This document shows, in pieces, positions 38,200 to 50,800 of a stretch of 64,000 bases of DNA. The stretch covers positions 158,045,741 to 158,109,740 of the forward strand of contig CM041465.1 of the NCBI GenBank assembly GCA_023213395.1. Direction: 5' to 3'. Below the pieces are notes generated by a model that saw nothing but the letters and a program-made list of their open reading frames with translations, searched no databases and was not told the origin of the DNA. This stretch comes from Cycas panzhihuaensis (taxonomy: Eukaryota; Plantae; Cycadophyta). How positions within the stretch are numbered: the first letter of the stretch is position 1; every line of letters starts with the position of its first letter. Made by a program: the position numbers and the translations under genes.

Positions 38200-41100
38200 T
38201 TTAAGAACATGATAGCAATTAGAGGTATTAAGAATGAGGTTGACATAAAATATCAACTTTCATGCATGATGAGAGGAGTACCATTAGGATGGTATTAGAA
38301 TCCTAGTGTTGACTAAATGGAATTAGAATGAATGATGAATGAGTTTCAATAAATGGTCTAAAAATTTCAAAGTAACCAATTGGTTACCCAAGCACTTAGA
38401 GATGCCTACTAGAGGCTCAAGGAATCTATATTAGCTTAGAAAGCCAGAGAGAAGTAATCACATAAAACATGTTGAATAGGGAGAAGGTGCCTAAATATAT
38501 TATACAAACATACTTTATAGATGGCTAGATAATAAAATTATGAGATGGGTTAAGGTAGCATCCAATAGAAGCTTTTGATAAAGTAAAGGAGTTGACAATA
38601 AAATTCAAGAAGCAAAGAAATAACAAGGAAGAACTTTCTCAAGATGGTATATTGAAAATATTACAAGAATAAAGGAATTAAGAGTATAAGAATCATTGCA
38701 TGCCATTGGGAAAGCAAAAGGAAATTTAAAGGTAGAAACCATTATGTAATAAATTACAAAATTGAAGTTGGATTTGGCATAGGTCTAGAAAAACCCATGG
38801 AAATAGAAGATAAGCCTAAATACACAAATAACTAAAGGATGGAAATATCTAAAGTATATAAAATAGAGGAGAAGTGGGATTGAATTTAGGAGGCCACCAC
38901 TCACAACCTTAAAAACTATTACTATAATGGACAATAAAATAATATCTAGGGAAGATGTCAAGTTGGATGGCATAAAATCCATTCTACATACTCTAACAAG
39001 GTGGCACCAAATCCATAGAGAAAAAACAAGACCTCTAGGCATTGCATATTCTGCTTAGAGTTTAAACACTAAGGTCCAACTAACCATATGAGAAATCAGG
39101 TAATAACCACACAAATATATGTAGGAAGTATAGTCTTGACATTAATAATATCAAAATTTACCTAAGTAAGGTTAAAACAAGCAATCTAATAATGATTATA
39201 GTGAACCCACCAAACAAATAAATAAACTTATAAACCATGAGTTGACTGAAGGAAAGTCTGGGAAAGGAAGAATGAAACCATCTAAATCCAAAAGTAGAGA
39301 TGGATAATTTTATGGAAATTAAGAAGGTCTCGTAAGACATTACCAAGGAATCTAAAGTTGGTGGACATACACCACTAAAACCTAAAATCAAATAGCTTTA
39401 TAAAAAAAGCTGATCACTTAGGCTAAGCTTGGTACCTAACCCATACCAAGGGGAAAAAATAATAAGAAAGCTAGAGACCATGAATACATTTATTAGTATA
39501 ACAGACAATGACATCTTAAGCAATGTGGAGCCACTCAAGTATTTAGCATAATGAATAGAGTTAACAATGCTATGAATAAAAAGTATCCAATGGTCGAAAT
39601 AGGTGAGGGAATGGCTCAAAATGTTACTAAAATCCTTCTACTAATTGACAAAGATCCCAAAGTCACTATGGAAGTGCTTGATGAAACCATTGAGGTGATG
39701 ATTACAGATGGTGGCTCAATATTAAACATGCCTCTAGAACATACTTGGAGATGGTTAGAATGTCCTCAAACTAACATAATTATATATTCCATAAAACCAT
39801 CCAAATCCAAATTTAGAGATGAATCATTTTATGGCAATTAAAAAGGCCCCATAAGACACTACAAAGGAATCTAAAGTTGGTGGACATACACCACCAAAAC
39901 CTAAAATTAAGTTGGTTTATATAAAGAGGTGATCACTTAGGCTAAGTTAGGTAACTAATCCCTACCAAGGGGAGAAAATAATAAAAAAGCTAGAGCCCAT
40001 AAATCCATTTGCTAGTATAACAGACAATGACATCCCAAGAATCGTGGATCTACTTAAGTATTTGGCATATTGACTAGAGTTAATGATGCTATGAATGAAA
40101 ATTATCCAATGGTTGGAATAAGTGAGGGAATGGCACAAAATATTAATAAAATCCTACCACTAATCAATAGAGACCCCAAAGCCACTATGGAAATGATTAA
40201 AGAAACCATTGAGGTGATGACTATAGATGGTGGATCAATACTAAACATGTTTCCAGAGTATAGTTAGAGATGTTTCGAATGTCCTCAACTAAACACAACC
40301 ATATATTCTATCAAGCTAGCTAATGAAATATAAGTGCAAACCTTGGGTGTCATTCTAAATCTAAAAGTCAATGCCATTAAAATTTCCATACATCTAGAGT
40401 TCATAATGATTTAGATGGTGGAAGAAGAGATATTATCTCTAACATCATTGGTAAGGCGATGGCTATACGATAACGAGCACCTCCAAAATTGGAATTATAT
40501 AATATTTACTTTACCACATGATGGAAGACTAATATTATTATCAATGATGACTAAACATAATACAATTAAAATAATACTAGATGAAGGACCAACTATTGTA
40601 ATTAAAAAAAAAAAAAATAATGTCAATATCATATGATGAAATGGTATCATATAGAGTTATGGTAGAGGTTGCCATGATTCATAACCTATGCATAAAGTAA
40701 CTAAACTACTATGGAGATCTTCATCACTATTTAAACTCTAAGGGAAGTGATATGAGTACATACTTAATAAATTGGTTACAAGGATCATATGAATTAAATG
40801 GACCTAAGGATGGTTGTTACAATATGAGAATTATTTTGAATGATAATCAGAGTTAACGATTTTAAAAGTCTAAATAATCATCAAAATAAGAGGGGTCATT
40901 ATCATGAGAATAGTAAAGTCAAATACTTAAGCATAGTAAATGATGAGAAAGGCCATAAAGAAAACAACATATATTTTATCAACCATAATTTTACAAGCTA
41001 TAGTGACAAATTGGTAGATCAATCAAGGGGAAATGATAGGAAACCAATAAAGTAAATCATAAAAAAAAATGGTAAAGGGCATGGAATAACTATTATGCTA

Positions 41101-42240
41101 AGACACCATAACTTAAAAATGAGGACCTAGTAAGGCAATATGACAACAAATTCCAAATGTATTATGGAGAGTTAAACACACATTAGATTATGTCCTAAAG
41201 GATTAGAGAGTTATATAAAGATGGCTTTATCTAGTTAATGAAATTTCTAAGCCAATGAATTCTTGAAGAGGGTAGCAGATTCAAACCCTACTGCAATTAG
41301 GATGGAAATTTTCTTCCCCAAAGCTAGCCAATGAAGTGTACCCTAATGTGTTGCATAAGTCACAAACAACTACAATTATCTTGATATCTTGAATCCTTAA
41401 TTCCATTCCATCATATATAAAAGAATATACAAAAGAAATAAAAACCACCAAAATCAACTATAACTCCTATCTTTTGACTAAAATGACTAGAAATTATGAT
41501 GTAATTAAGCTAAATAATTGGAGGAGGGTTAGTTAAGCCAATATTACAAGTATTCTAGTGTAAAAAGCCAATTATCCCAAGGAACTATTCTAGAATGGTA
41601 TGAGGAAGAGTCATCATTAATTATTATAAATAGTATACATGGGAGAAATCAACTAAATATTCTAAGCACAATTTAAAAATGTAAAGTTTAATGGATAGTT
41701 CCTAAACTCTTCGCTTTAGGAATAACTTGAGAAATAATGTGACTTTGACAATAAGGAAATGAAAATAGAGGTTAAAAAAAAAATCCTAGGAATATATTGT
41801 GGAAAGAATACAAAGTTACAAAGAGTAAGGGTTTGAAGGATTTTCCTAATAGAATTATATAAAACTGATTAAAAATTTATTACCTTGGTAGATATAAATT
41901 GTTTGAATAGTTCCCAATCATTCTAGTGAATGGTTTCATGATATTCAATCAATAAGAAGTATTCTAATAGCATTTAGTAGTGTTATTACCTAACCATACC
42001 ATCCTAAGAAGGCAATAAGAAAAATTTCAACTACTCATAAGCATTTCCAAGTAAGAATTTGACATTTCATTATATTGTAAAGATTATGAACAATTTGACC
42101 TCCTGTAATTCTAAGTGCTTTAGCAGAGTTTTAATTAGGGAAATGTAACACTGATATTGAAGAGTCATATTTCCCATGATTGCTAGAAGAATATATCCTA
42201 ATGTTAAATGATTTTAAGACAACTATTATTAGGGGAAGGA
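38200..42240 (+). mobile_element. Highly decayed Gypsy-like internal region F (gag, duplicated protease, pol fragments)
   Basis: CIFC...H knuckle relic about 39043; protease DGGSILNM at about 39707 and 40226; ends in purine tract aggggaagga 42231-42240. Confidence 0.65.
39345..40330 (+). repeat. Older ~519-bp tandem duplication of the protease region
   Basis: aaggaatctaaagttggtggacatacaccac.aaaacctaaaat at 39346 and 39865; copies about 80% similar. Confidence 0.9.
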
Positions 42241-42241
42241 T

Positions 42242-43300
42242 TGAATAAATATATGCAACTCTTGCTATTATATTGGAACATGAATATAATAAAAAATAAT
42301 CATAAGATTAATAACCCAAAATCTACATAGGTTAGAGATTTCTATTGGATGTAATATCTAATTACATATTAAACCCCTTTCACACACTCTCATGTATTAT
42401 TTAAATTTTATATTGTTAGTCAACTTAATATGTGTGCTACCTTGATAAATATTTTAACATATAAAAGTTGACCTTGGGGGTTTTCATATGTGATGATATA
42501 TTCTACAAATATGTAGCAAATTATTTCTAATAAATTAAAGTTAGCTTATTCTTCTACTAGTTCTTTATGTTTTATCCTTATACATGCTTTATTCTTTTGT
42601 GTTAATTGATCTATCTTTCACTCATCTCATTTTTCATTGTTACCTATTGTTGGGTCCACTATTATTGCTTCTATTTTAGACCAACAATATGCTATTAGAG
42701 CTTCAACTCCAATCCAATAATTTGGTATTAGAGTTATACCATAATCCAACATTATGGTATCAGAGTAATACCATAATCTAACATTGTGGTATCAGAGCCC
42801 AAGATTCAATTCTTAAGGACAAATTTTTTAGAGCCTATTTTTCATATTTTTAAAGCCACTTTTTATACTATTTCAAGAACCATCTAAGTGCCTTTTAGTG
42901 ACCTATAAAATTTGAGATAGTTTTGGAGCTAATGATTGAATTTTTCAAAGGGTTATTTTACTACTATTTTTTAAAGAATTTAGCATTGATATATGATGCT
43001 TTTATTATTAATTTTAAAGTTATTTAAGAGGCTATTATTTTATAAATTTATGATATTTTTTTGGGATTGCTTTATGCAAAGTTATGAAGTATTTTAGAGT
43101 TGTTATGAAGCTACAACATACGAGTTTTTATGGCCAAAAAATACTATCAGTCTCAAGAAAATGTTCCTTTTGTGATTATTTTAAGTGCATGTGGGATCCC
43201 AAAACAATGTTATATGTAGGTAGTTTATGAAGGTTACAAGCATAGTTTTTGAGTTATTTTATAGAGAAAAAAGATGGAGTAGACTAGTAACAGCTACATG
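42242..43300 (+). mobile_element. Family-D-like LTR (42242-42686), PBS array and leader; second copy about 46782-47840
   Basis: TG..CA ends; shares motifs with LTR 29707-30144; leader resembles 26642-27100. Confidence 0.7.
42681..42798 (+). promoter_or_regulatory. Tandem array of four tRNA-iMet primer-binding sites (copy at 47222-47339)
   Basis: tggtatcagag-like 12-mers at 42690, 42723, 42755 and 42787. Confidence 0.85.
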
Positions 43301-46300
43301 CCTAATCTATTAGAATTTATAATTACACTACGATACCATATTAGAAATGTAGAGTAATACAACAAAATTTTAAGATGCAAATATAATAGAAGGATAATAT
43401 CATGAGTTATGTATATATATAAAGGATAAATATAAATGTGAAGTAAATAATACATCAACAATACAGTAAATAGTTACCATAAGAAAGACATCAAGATTTA
43501 TACATGGAAAACTCAATGTAGAAAAAACCATAGGAGATGGTGGAGTTGGGACTTCTTTTAATGATCAGAATAAGTACATCTCCTATCTTAATCCTTTCTC
43601 AAGTTCTCAAGTAGTATATGTATACATTTATATTGATGTTCACCTCATGAGTAGACTATAGTTTCTCTTGAGCCTTTAAATTATCCAATAATATCTTTAT
43701 ATGTATATGTGCGATCTCACATATCTCAATGTATGTGATTAGTAGGATTGTATATGTGTTATATCTTCTAATATTAAATATTACATATGTAATTAAATCA
43801 CATATTTCAACATCCCCCCTTAATGTTTAATATATTTGAATCTTAATCTCCATCTTTATGGTTCATCCCTTAGTCCTCAACCTATATACTAGATCCTGTA
43901 GCTTGTATTTATATCATGTATCACTTGTAACCTATAAATATCTATATCATCCATTATCAATCATCCATCTTCTTGTCTCCTGCAAGTATTAACCTACATA
44001 TTTGTAATCATCAACCTATATGTAGTAAATTATATATAGTCATCTGTAATTAGTAGTGATTATCTATGAACAATCAACCTATAAATATCATCTATCATCA
44101 TTCACCTACATCAATATCAATAATATATAAAGTATTTTCCTGAATATTTTTATATCTTCACCTGTATAGCTTCTTTTATCATTTTGTTAACTATTCATTA
44201 AATCAACAAATAAATAAATTAATTCCTAAGTCCATATAAAATAATAACCATCTATCAAAATACATAGGTAACTAGCCTTTATAATTGCTAGTTCTCTAGG
44301 TAATTACTTTAGATATGTTGGAATATGTTAATATACTAACTAATATTAATGTGTGGTAATTTATATATAGATAATATTGGTGGGATATTCGTAAGCTGAC
44401 AGATGTAATTCCTATTATTTAGGACACTTTACATCTATAAATATAAAGTTGGTTTATATAAAGAGGTGATCACTTAGGCTAAGTTAGGTAACTAATCCCT
44501 ACCAAGGGGAGAAAATAATAAAAAAGCTAGAGCCCATAAATCCATTTGCTAGTATAACAGACAATGACATCCCAAGAATCGTGGATCTACTTAAGTATTT
44601 AGCATACTGACTAGAGTTAATGATGCTATGAATGAAAATTATCCAATGGTTGGAATACGTGAGGGAATGGCACAAAATAGTAATAAAATCCTACCACTAA
44701 TCAATAGAGACCCCAAAGCCACTATGGAAATGATTAAAGAAACCATTGAGGTGATGATTATAGATGGTGGATCAATACTAAACATTTTTCCAGAGTATAG
44801 TTAGAGATGTTTTGAATGTCCTCAACTAAACACAACCATATATTCTATCAAGCTAGCTAATGAAATATAAGTGCAAACCTTGGGTGTCATTCTAAATCTA
44901 AAAGTCAATGCCATTAAAATTTCCATACATCTAGAGTTCATAGTGATTTAGATGGTGGAAGGAGAGATATTATCTCTAACATCATTGGTAAGGCGATGGC
45001 TATACAATAACAAGCACCTCCAAAATTGGAATTATATAATATTTACTTTACCACATGATGGAAGAACAATATTATTATCAATGATGACTAAACATAATAC
45101 AATTAAAATAATACTAGATGAAGGACCAACTATTATAATTAAAAAAAAGAAAAATAATAATGTCAATATCATATGATGAAATGGTATCATATAGAGTTAT
45201 GGTAGAGGTTGCCATGATTCATAACCTATGCATAAAGTAACTAAACTACTATGGAGATCTTCATCACTATTTAAACTCTAAGGGAAGTGATATGAGTACA
45301 TACTTAATAAATTGGTTACAAGGATTATATGAATTAAATGGACCTAAGGATGGTTGTTACAATATGAGAATTATTTCGAATGATAATCAGAGTTAATGAT
45401 TTTAAAAGTCTAAATAATCATCAAAATAAGAAGGGTCATTATCATGAGAATAGTAAAGTCAAATACTTGAGCATAGTAAATGATGAGAAAGGCTATAAAG
45501 AAAACAACATATATTTTATCAACCATAATTTTACAAGTTATAGTGACAAATTGGTAGATCAATCAAGGGGAAATGATAGGAAACCAATAAAGTAAATCAC
45601 AAAAAAAAAATGGTAAAGGGCATGGAATAACTATTATGCTAAGACACCATAACTTAAAAATGAGGACCTAGTAAGGCAATATGACAACAAATTCTAAATA
45701 TATTATGGAGAGTTAAACACACATTAGATTATGTCCTAAAGGATTAGAGAGTTATATAAAGATGGCTTTATCTAGTTAATGAAATTTCTAAGCCAATGAA
45801 TTCTTGAAGAGGGTAGCAGATTCAAACCCTACTACAATTAGGATGGAAATTTTTTTCCCCAAAGCTAGCCAATGAAGTGTACCCTAATGTGTTGCTTAAG
45901 TCACAGACAACTACAATTATCTTGATATCTTGAATCCTTAATTCCATTCCATCATATATAAAAAAATATACAAAAGAAATAAAAACCACCAAAATCAACT
46001 ATAACTCCTATCTTTTGACTAAAATGACTAGAAATTATGATGTAATTAAGCTAAATAATTGGAGGAGGGTTAGTTAAGCCAATATTACAAGTATTCTAGT
46101 GTAAAAAGCCAATTATCCCAAGGAACTATTCTAGAATGGTATGAGGAAGAGTCATCATTAATTATTATAAATAGTATACATGGGAGAAATCAACTAAATA
46201 TTCTAAGCACAATTTAAAAATGTAAAGTTTAATGGATAGTTCCTAAACTCTTCGCTTTAGGAATAACTTGAGAAACAATGTGACTTTGACAATAAGGAAA

Positions 46301-47873
46301 TGAAAATAGAGGTTAAAAAAAAAATCCTAGGAATATATTGTGGAAAGAATACAAAGTTACAAAGAGTAAGGGTTTGAAGGATTTTCCTAATAGAATTATA
46401 TAAAACTGATTAAAAATTTATTACCTTGGTAGATATAAATTGTTTGAATAGTTCCCAATCATTCTAGTGAATGGTTTCATGATATTCAATCAATAAGAAG
46501 TATTCCAATAGCATTTAGTAGTGTTATTACCTAACCATACCATCCTAAGAAGGCAATAAAAAATATTTCAACTACTCATAAGCATTTCCAAGTAAGAATT
46601 TGACATTTCATTATATTGTAAAGATTATGAACAATTTGACCTCCTGTAATTCTAAGTGCTTTAGCAGAGTTTTAATTAGGGAAATGTAACATTGATATTC
46701 AAGAGTCATATTTCCCATGATTGCTAGAAGAATATATTCTAATGTTAAATGATTTTAAGACAACTATTATTAGGGGAAGGATTGAATAAATATATGCAAC
46801 TCTTGCTATTATATTGGAACATGAATATAATAAAAAATAATCATAAGAGTAATAACCCAAAATCTACATAGGTTAGAGATTTCTATTGGATGTAATATCT
46901 AATTACATATTAAACCCCTTTCACACACTCTCATGTATTATTTAAATTTTATATTGTTAGTCACCTTAATATGTGTGCTACCTTGATAAATATTCTAACA
47001 TATAAAAGTTGACCTTGGGGGTTTTCATATGGGATGATATATTCTACAAATACGTATCAAATTATTTCTAATAAATTAAAGTTAGCTTATTCTTCTACTA
47101 GTTCTTTATGTTTTATCCTTATACATGCTTTATTCTTTTATGTTAATTGATATATCTTTCACTCATCTCATTTTTCATTGTTACCTATTGTTGGGTCCAC
47201 TATTATTGCTTCTATTTTAGACCAACAATATGCTATTAGAGCTTCAACTCCAATCCAATAATTTGGTATTAGAGTTATACCACAATCCAACATTATGGTA
47301 TCAGAGTAATACCATAATCTAACATTGTGGTATCAGAGCCCAAGATTCAATCCTTAAGGACAAATTTTTTAGAGCATATTTTTCATATTTTTAAAGCCAC
47401 TTTTTATACTATTTCAAGAACCATCTAAGTGCCTTTTAGTGACCTATAAAATTTGAGATAGTTTTGGAGCTAATGATTGAACTTTTTAAAGGGTTATTTT
47501 ACTACTATTTTTTAAAGAATTTAGCATTGATATATGATGCTTTTATTATTAATTTTAAAGTTATTTAAGAGGCTATTATTTTATAAATTTATTTTTTTGG
47601 GATTGCTTTATGCAAAGTTATGAAGTATTTTAGAGTTGTTATGAAGCTACAACATACGAGTTTTTATGGCAAAAAATTACTATCAGTCTCAAGAAAATGT
47701 TCCTTTTATGATTATTTTAAGTGCATGTGGGATCCCAAAACAATGTTATATGTAGGTAGTTTATGAAGGTTACAAGCATAGTTTTTGAGTTATTTTATAG
47801 AGAAAAAGATGGAGTAGATTAGTAACAACTACATGCCTAATCTATTAGAATTTATAATTGCACTACGATACCA

Positions 47874-50800
47874 TATTAGAAATGTAGAGTAATACACCAA
47901 AATTTTAAGATGCAAATATAATAGAAGGATAACATCATGAGTTATGTACATATATAAAGGATAAATGTAAATGTGAAGTAAATAATACATCAATAATACA
48001 GTAAATAGTTACCATAAGAAAGACATCAAGATTTATACATGGAAAACCCAATGTAGAAAAAACCATAGGAGATGGTGGAGTTGGGACTTCTTTTAATGAT
48101 CAGAATAAGTACATCTCCTATCTTAATCCTTTCTCAAGTTCTCAAGTAGTATATGTATATATTTATATTGATGTTCACCTCATGAGTAGACTATAGTTTC
48201 TCTTGAGCCTTTAAATTATCCAATAGTATCTTTATATGTATATGTGCGATCTCACATATCTCAATGTATGTGATTAGTAGGATTGTATATGTGTTATATC
48301 TTCTAATATTAAATATTACATATATAATTAAATCACATATTTTAACATCCCCCCTTAATGTTTAATATATTTGAATCTTAATCTCCATCTTTATGTGTTC
48401 ATCCCTTAGTCCTCAACCTATATACTAGATCCTGTAGCTTGTATTTATATCATGTATCACTTGTAACCTATAAATATCTATATTATCCATTATCAATCAT
48501 CCATCTTCTTGTCTCCTGCAAGTATTAACCTACATATTTGTAATCATCAACCTATATGTAGTAAATTATATATAGTCATTTGTAATTAGCAGTGATTATC
48601 TATGAATAATCAACCTATAAATATCATCTATCATCATTCACCTACATCAATATCAATAATATATAAAGTATTTTCCTGAATATTTTTATATCTTCATCTG
48701 TATAACTTCTTTTATCATTTTGTTAACTATTCATTAAATCAACAAATAAATTAATTAATTTCTAAGTCCATATAAAATAATAACCATCTATCAAAATACA
48801 TAGGTAACTAGCCTTTATAATTGCTAGTTCTCTAGGTAATTACTTTAGATATATTGGAATATGTTAACATACCAACTAATGTTAATGTGTGGTAATTTAT
48901 ATATGGATAATATTGGTGGGATATTCGTAAGCTGACAGATGTAATTCCTATTATTTAGGACACTTTAAATCTATAAATATAGATCAAAATCTATATCTTA
49001 TAAAACATTAGATTGTCAAAATATGATATAATATTATTTGGTGGTTTTTATCTATAAGGGTTTCTCATGGCAATCTTGTATCTTGTGTGTGTAATTTCTA
49101 TTATGATCTATCTAATGTGAAAGATTTTGTTGACCTTATTTATTTTTATATTTCCTAACATGGTATAAGAGCTTGTAGGTCATGCATAGGTAGAGTATTA
49201 TTATTGGATGGTCCAATCATTGGTGCTAGGTCATACTGCCTTATCCTTAGTGGATTGACATATTTGCCAACCTTGTAGAAGTACCATAGAGGTGCATATG
49301 ATTATTAGAAGATCTCAGAAGCCTTTTGACTTTATTTACAAGTATTCTAAGCTGTGTGGAGGTGTGTAGATGAGTTGAAAGTGATTTACAACCCTAGTTA
49401 CTCTATTGCTAACCATTTAATCCCCGTTTGAGCATGTTGAAGATGTTAAATCCTTATTTGAAGGTACCACTCAGTTTATAAGCCCTGAAGATAATTTTGG
49501 AGGTGTTTGAGGCTATTCATATGTGGTGAGAAGTTGTTCACCCAGTTGTCAGACCCTTGTTGATGTCGAAGTCTAGTGGGAGAGTGCAAAACCCTCATGA
49601 GATAATTATAGAGATGAGAATTACAAAATATGACTAATATATCGAAGGTATGCTCATTATACAATTACTCATTTAATATTTTAGGGTTTGAATAATATAT
49701 TTTATGACTAATACATGCCAATATATATGATTGCCTTGGTATTTTGCTCAACCGCCTTTGATATGATAATCTCTATTGACATATATTAACACACCTATTA
49801 ATATTGCATTGCCCTATATTTATTCTCTGCATTTATTGTTATTTTTATGCCCTTCATTACTATATTATATTATAGTTTGCAACTGGTATATTATATCGCC
49901 AGCTTAAAATATTATCACCGAGTGCTGCCTTGCATGATCTGCATGAAGATTTCTTTAGTCGCTTGTTTTAATATATTTGTAACCATATATATGCAGATGC
50001 CCGTATTAATTTTTATCGTTTGTAATAAAATATAAAAGTCATGCTACTACATTTAACATGTTTTCAACAATAGATCTTTATTTTATTCACCCAGTTATGA
50101 TTATAGTATTGCTGCATCATTTATCTTAATCACCCAATATTTTATTAATGTCGCCTTTGATAATTAAACCACCTGGTTGAATATTTAATCTTCCATATAT
50201 GCATATTTATCATTGTTATATATTCATTTAGTCATTCATCATTGTATGATTAATGTTAATGCAAATAATATAATATGACGTTCATTCAAATCATATATGT
50301 TGTGCACTCTTGTTTTATTGATTTTGATATTTTATTTATTAAAGTTTTTTGAATTCATCTAAATGGAGTGTATTAAGTCACATTATCTTAATACAAAGAC
50401 ATTTCTTTAATATAAAATAAGGGCATAAATATATTATGGTGGCTATAAAATATGTAATTGATACATGATAGTGACACAGGGTGAGTATGATCCTTGTGAG
50501 AGGCATACATAAAATGATTTAATGGTGAAGTGAGTTAGGTAATGTTTACTAACTTTGAGTGCTTTCTTACATGCATTTTGCATGAGAAAGTTAATAGGTG
50601 ATGTTGGAGGCATGAGTTAATGCTTGACACTCTCTTGCATGTGCTTTATATAGGAGAGTGAGTTGGGTGATGATGGAAATTTGAGATGAAGAGAGTGCAT
50701 GAAGCACATTTCATTGTAGGTGAAGATGGCAATATGAGGCAAAGGTATACTTGTTGCATGTGAGTTACATGGCAAGTTAATTAAGCAAATTTGAGGGCAA

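Larger units (their letters stand above)
39909..48981. repeat. Head-to-tail 4.54-kb tandem duplication (39909-44445, 44446-48981)
   Basis: Colinear and about 98% identical; junction ctataaatata|aagttggttt. Confidence 0.97.
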
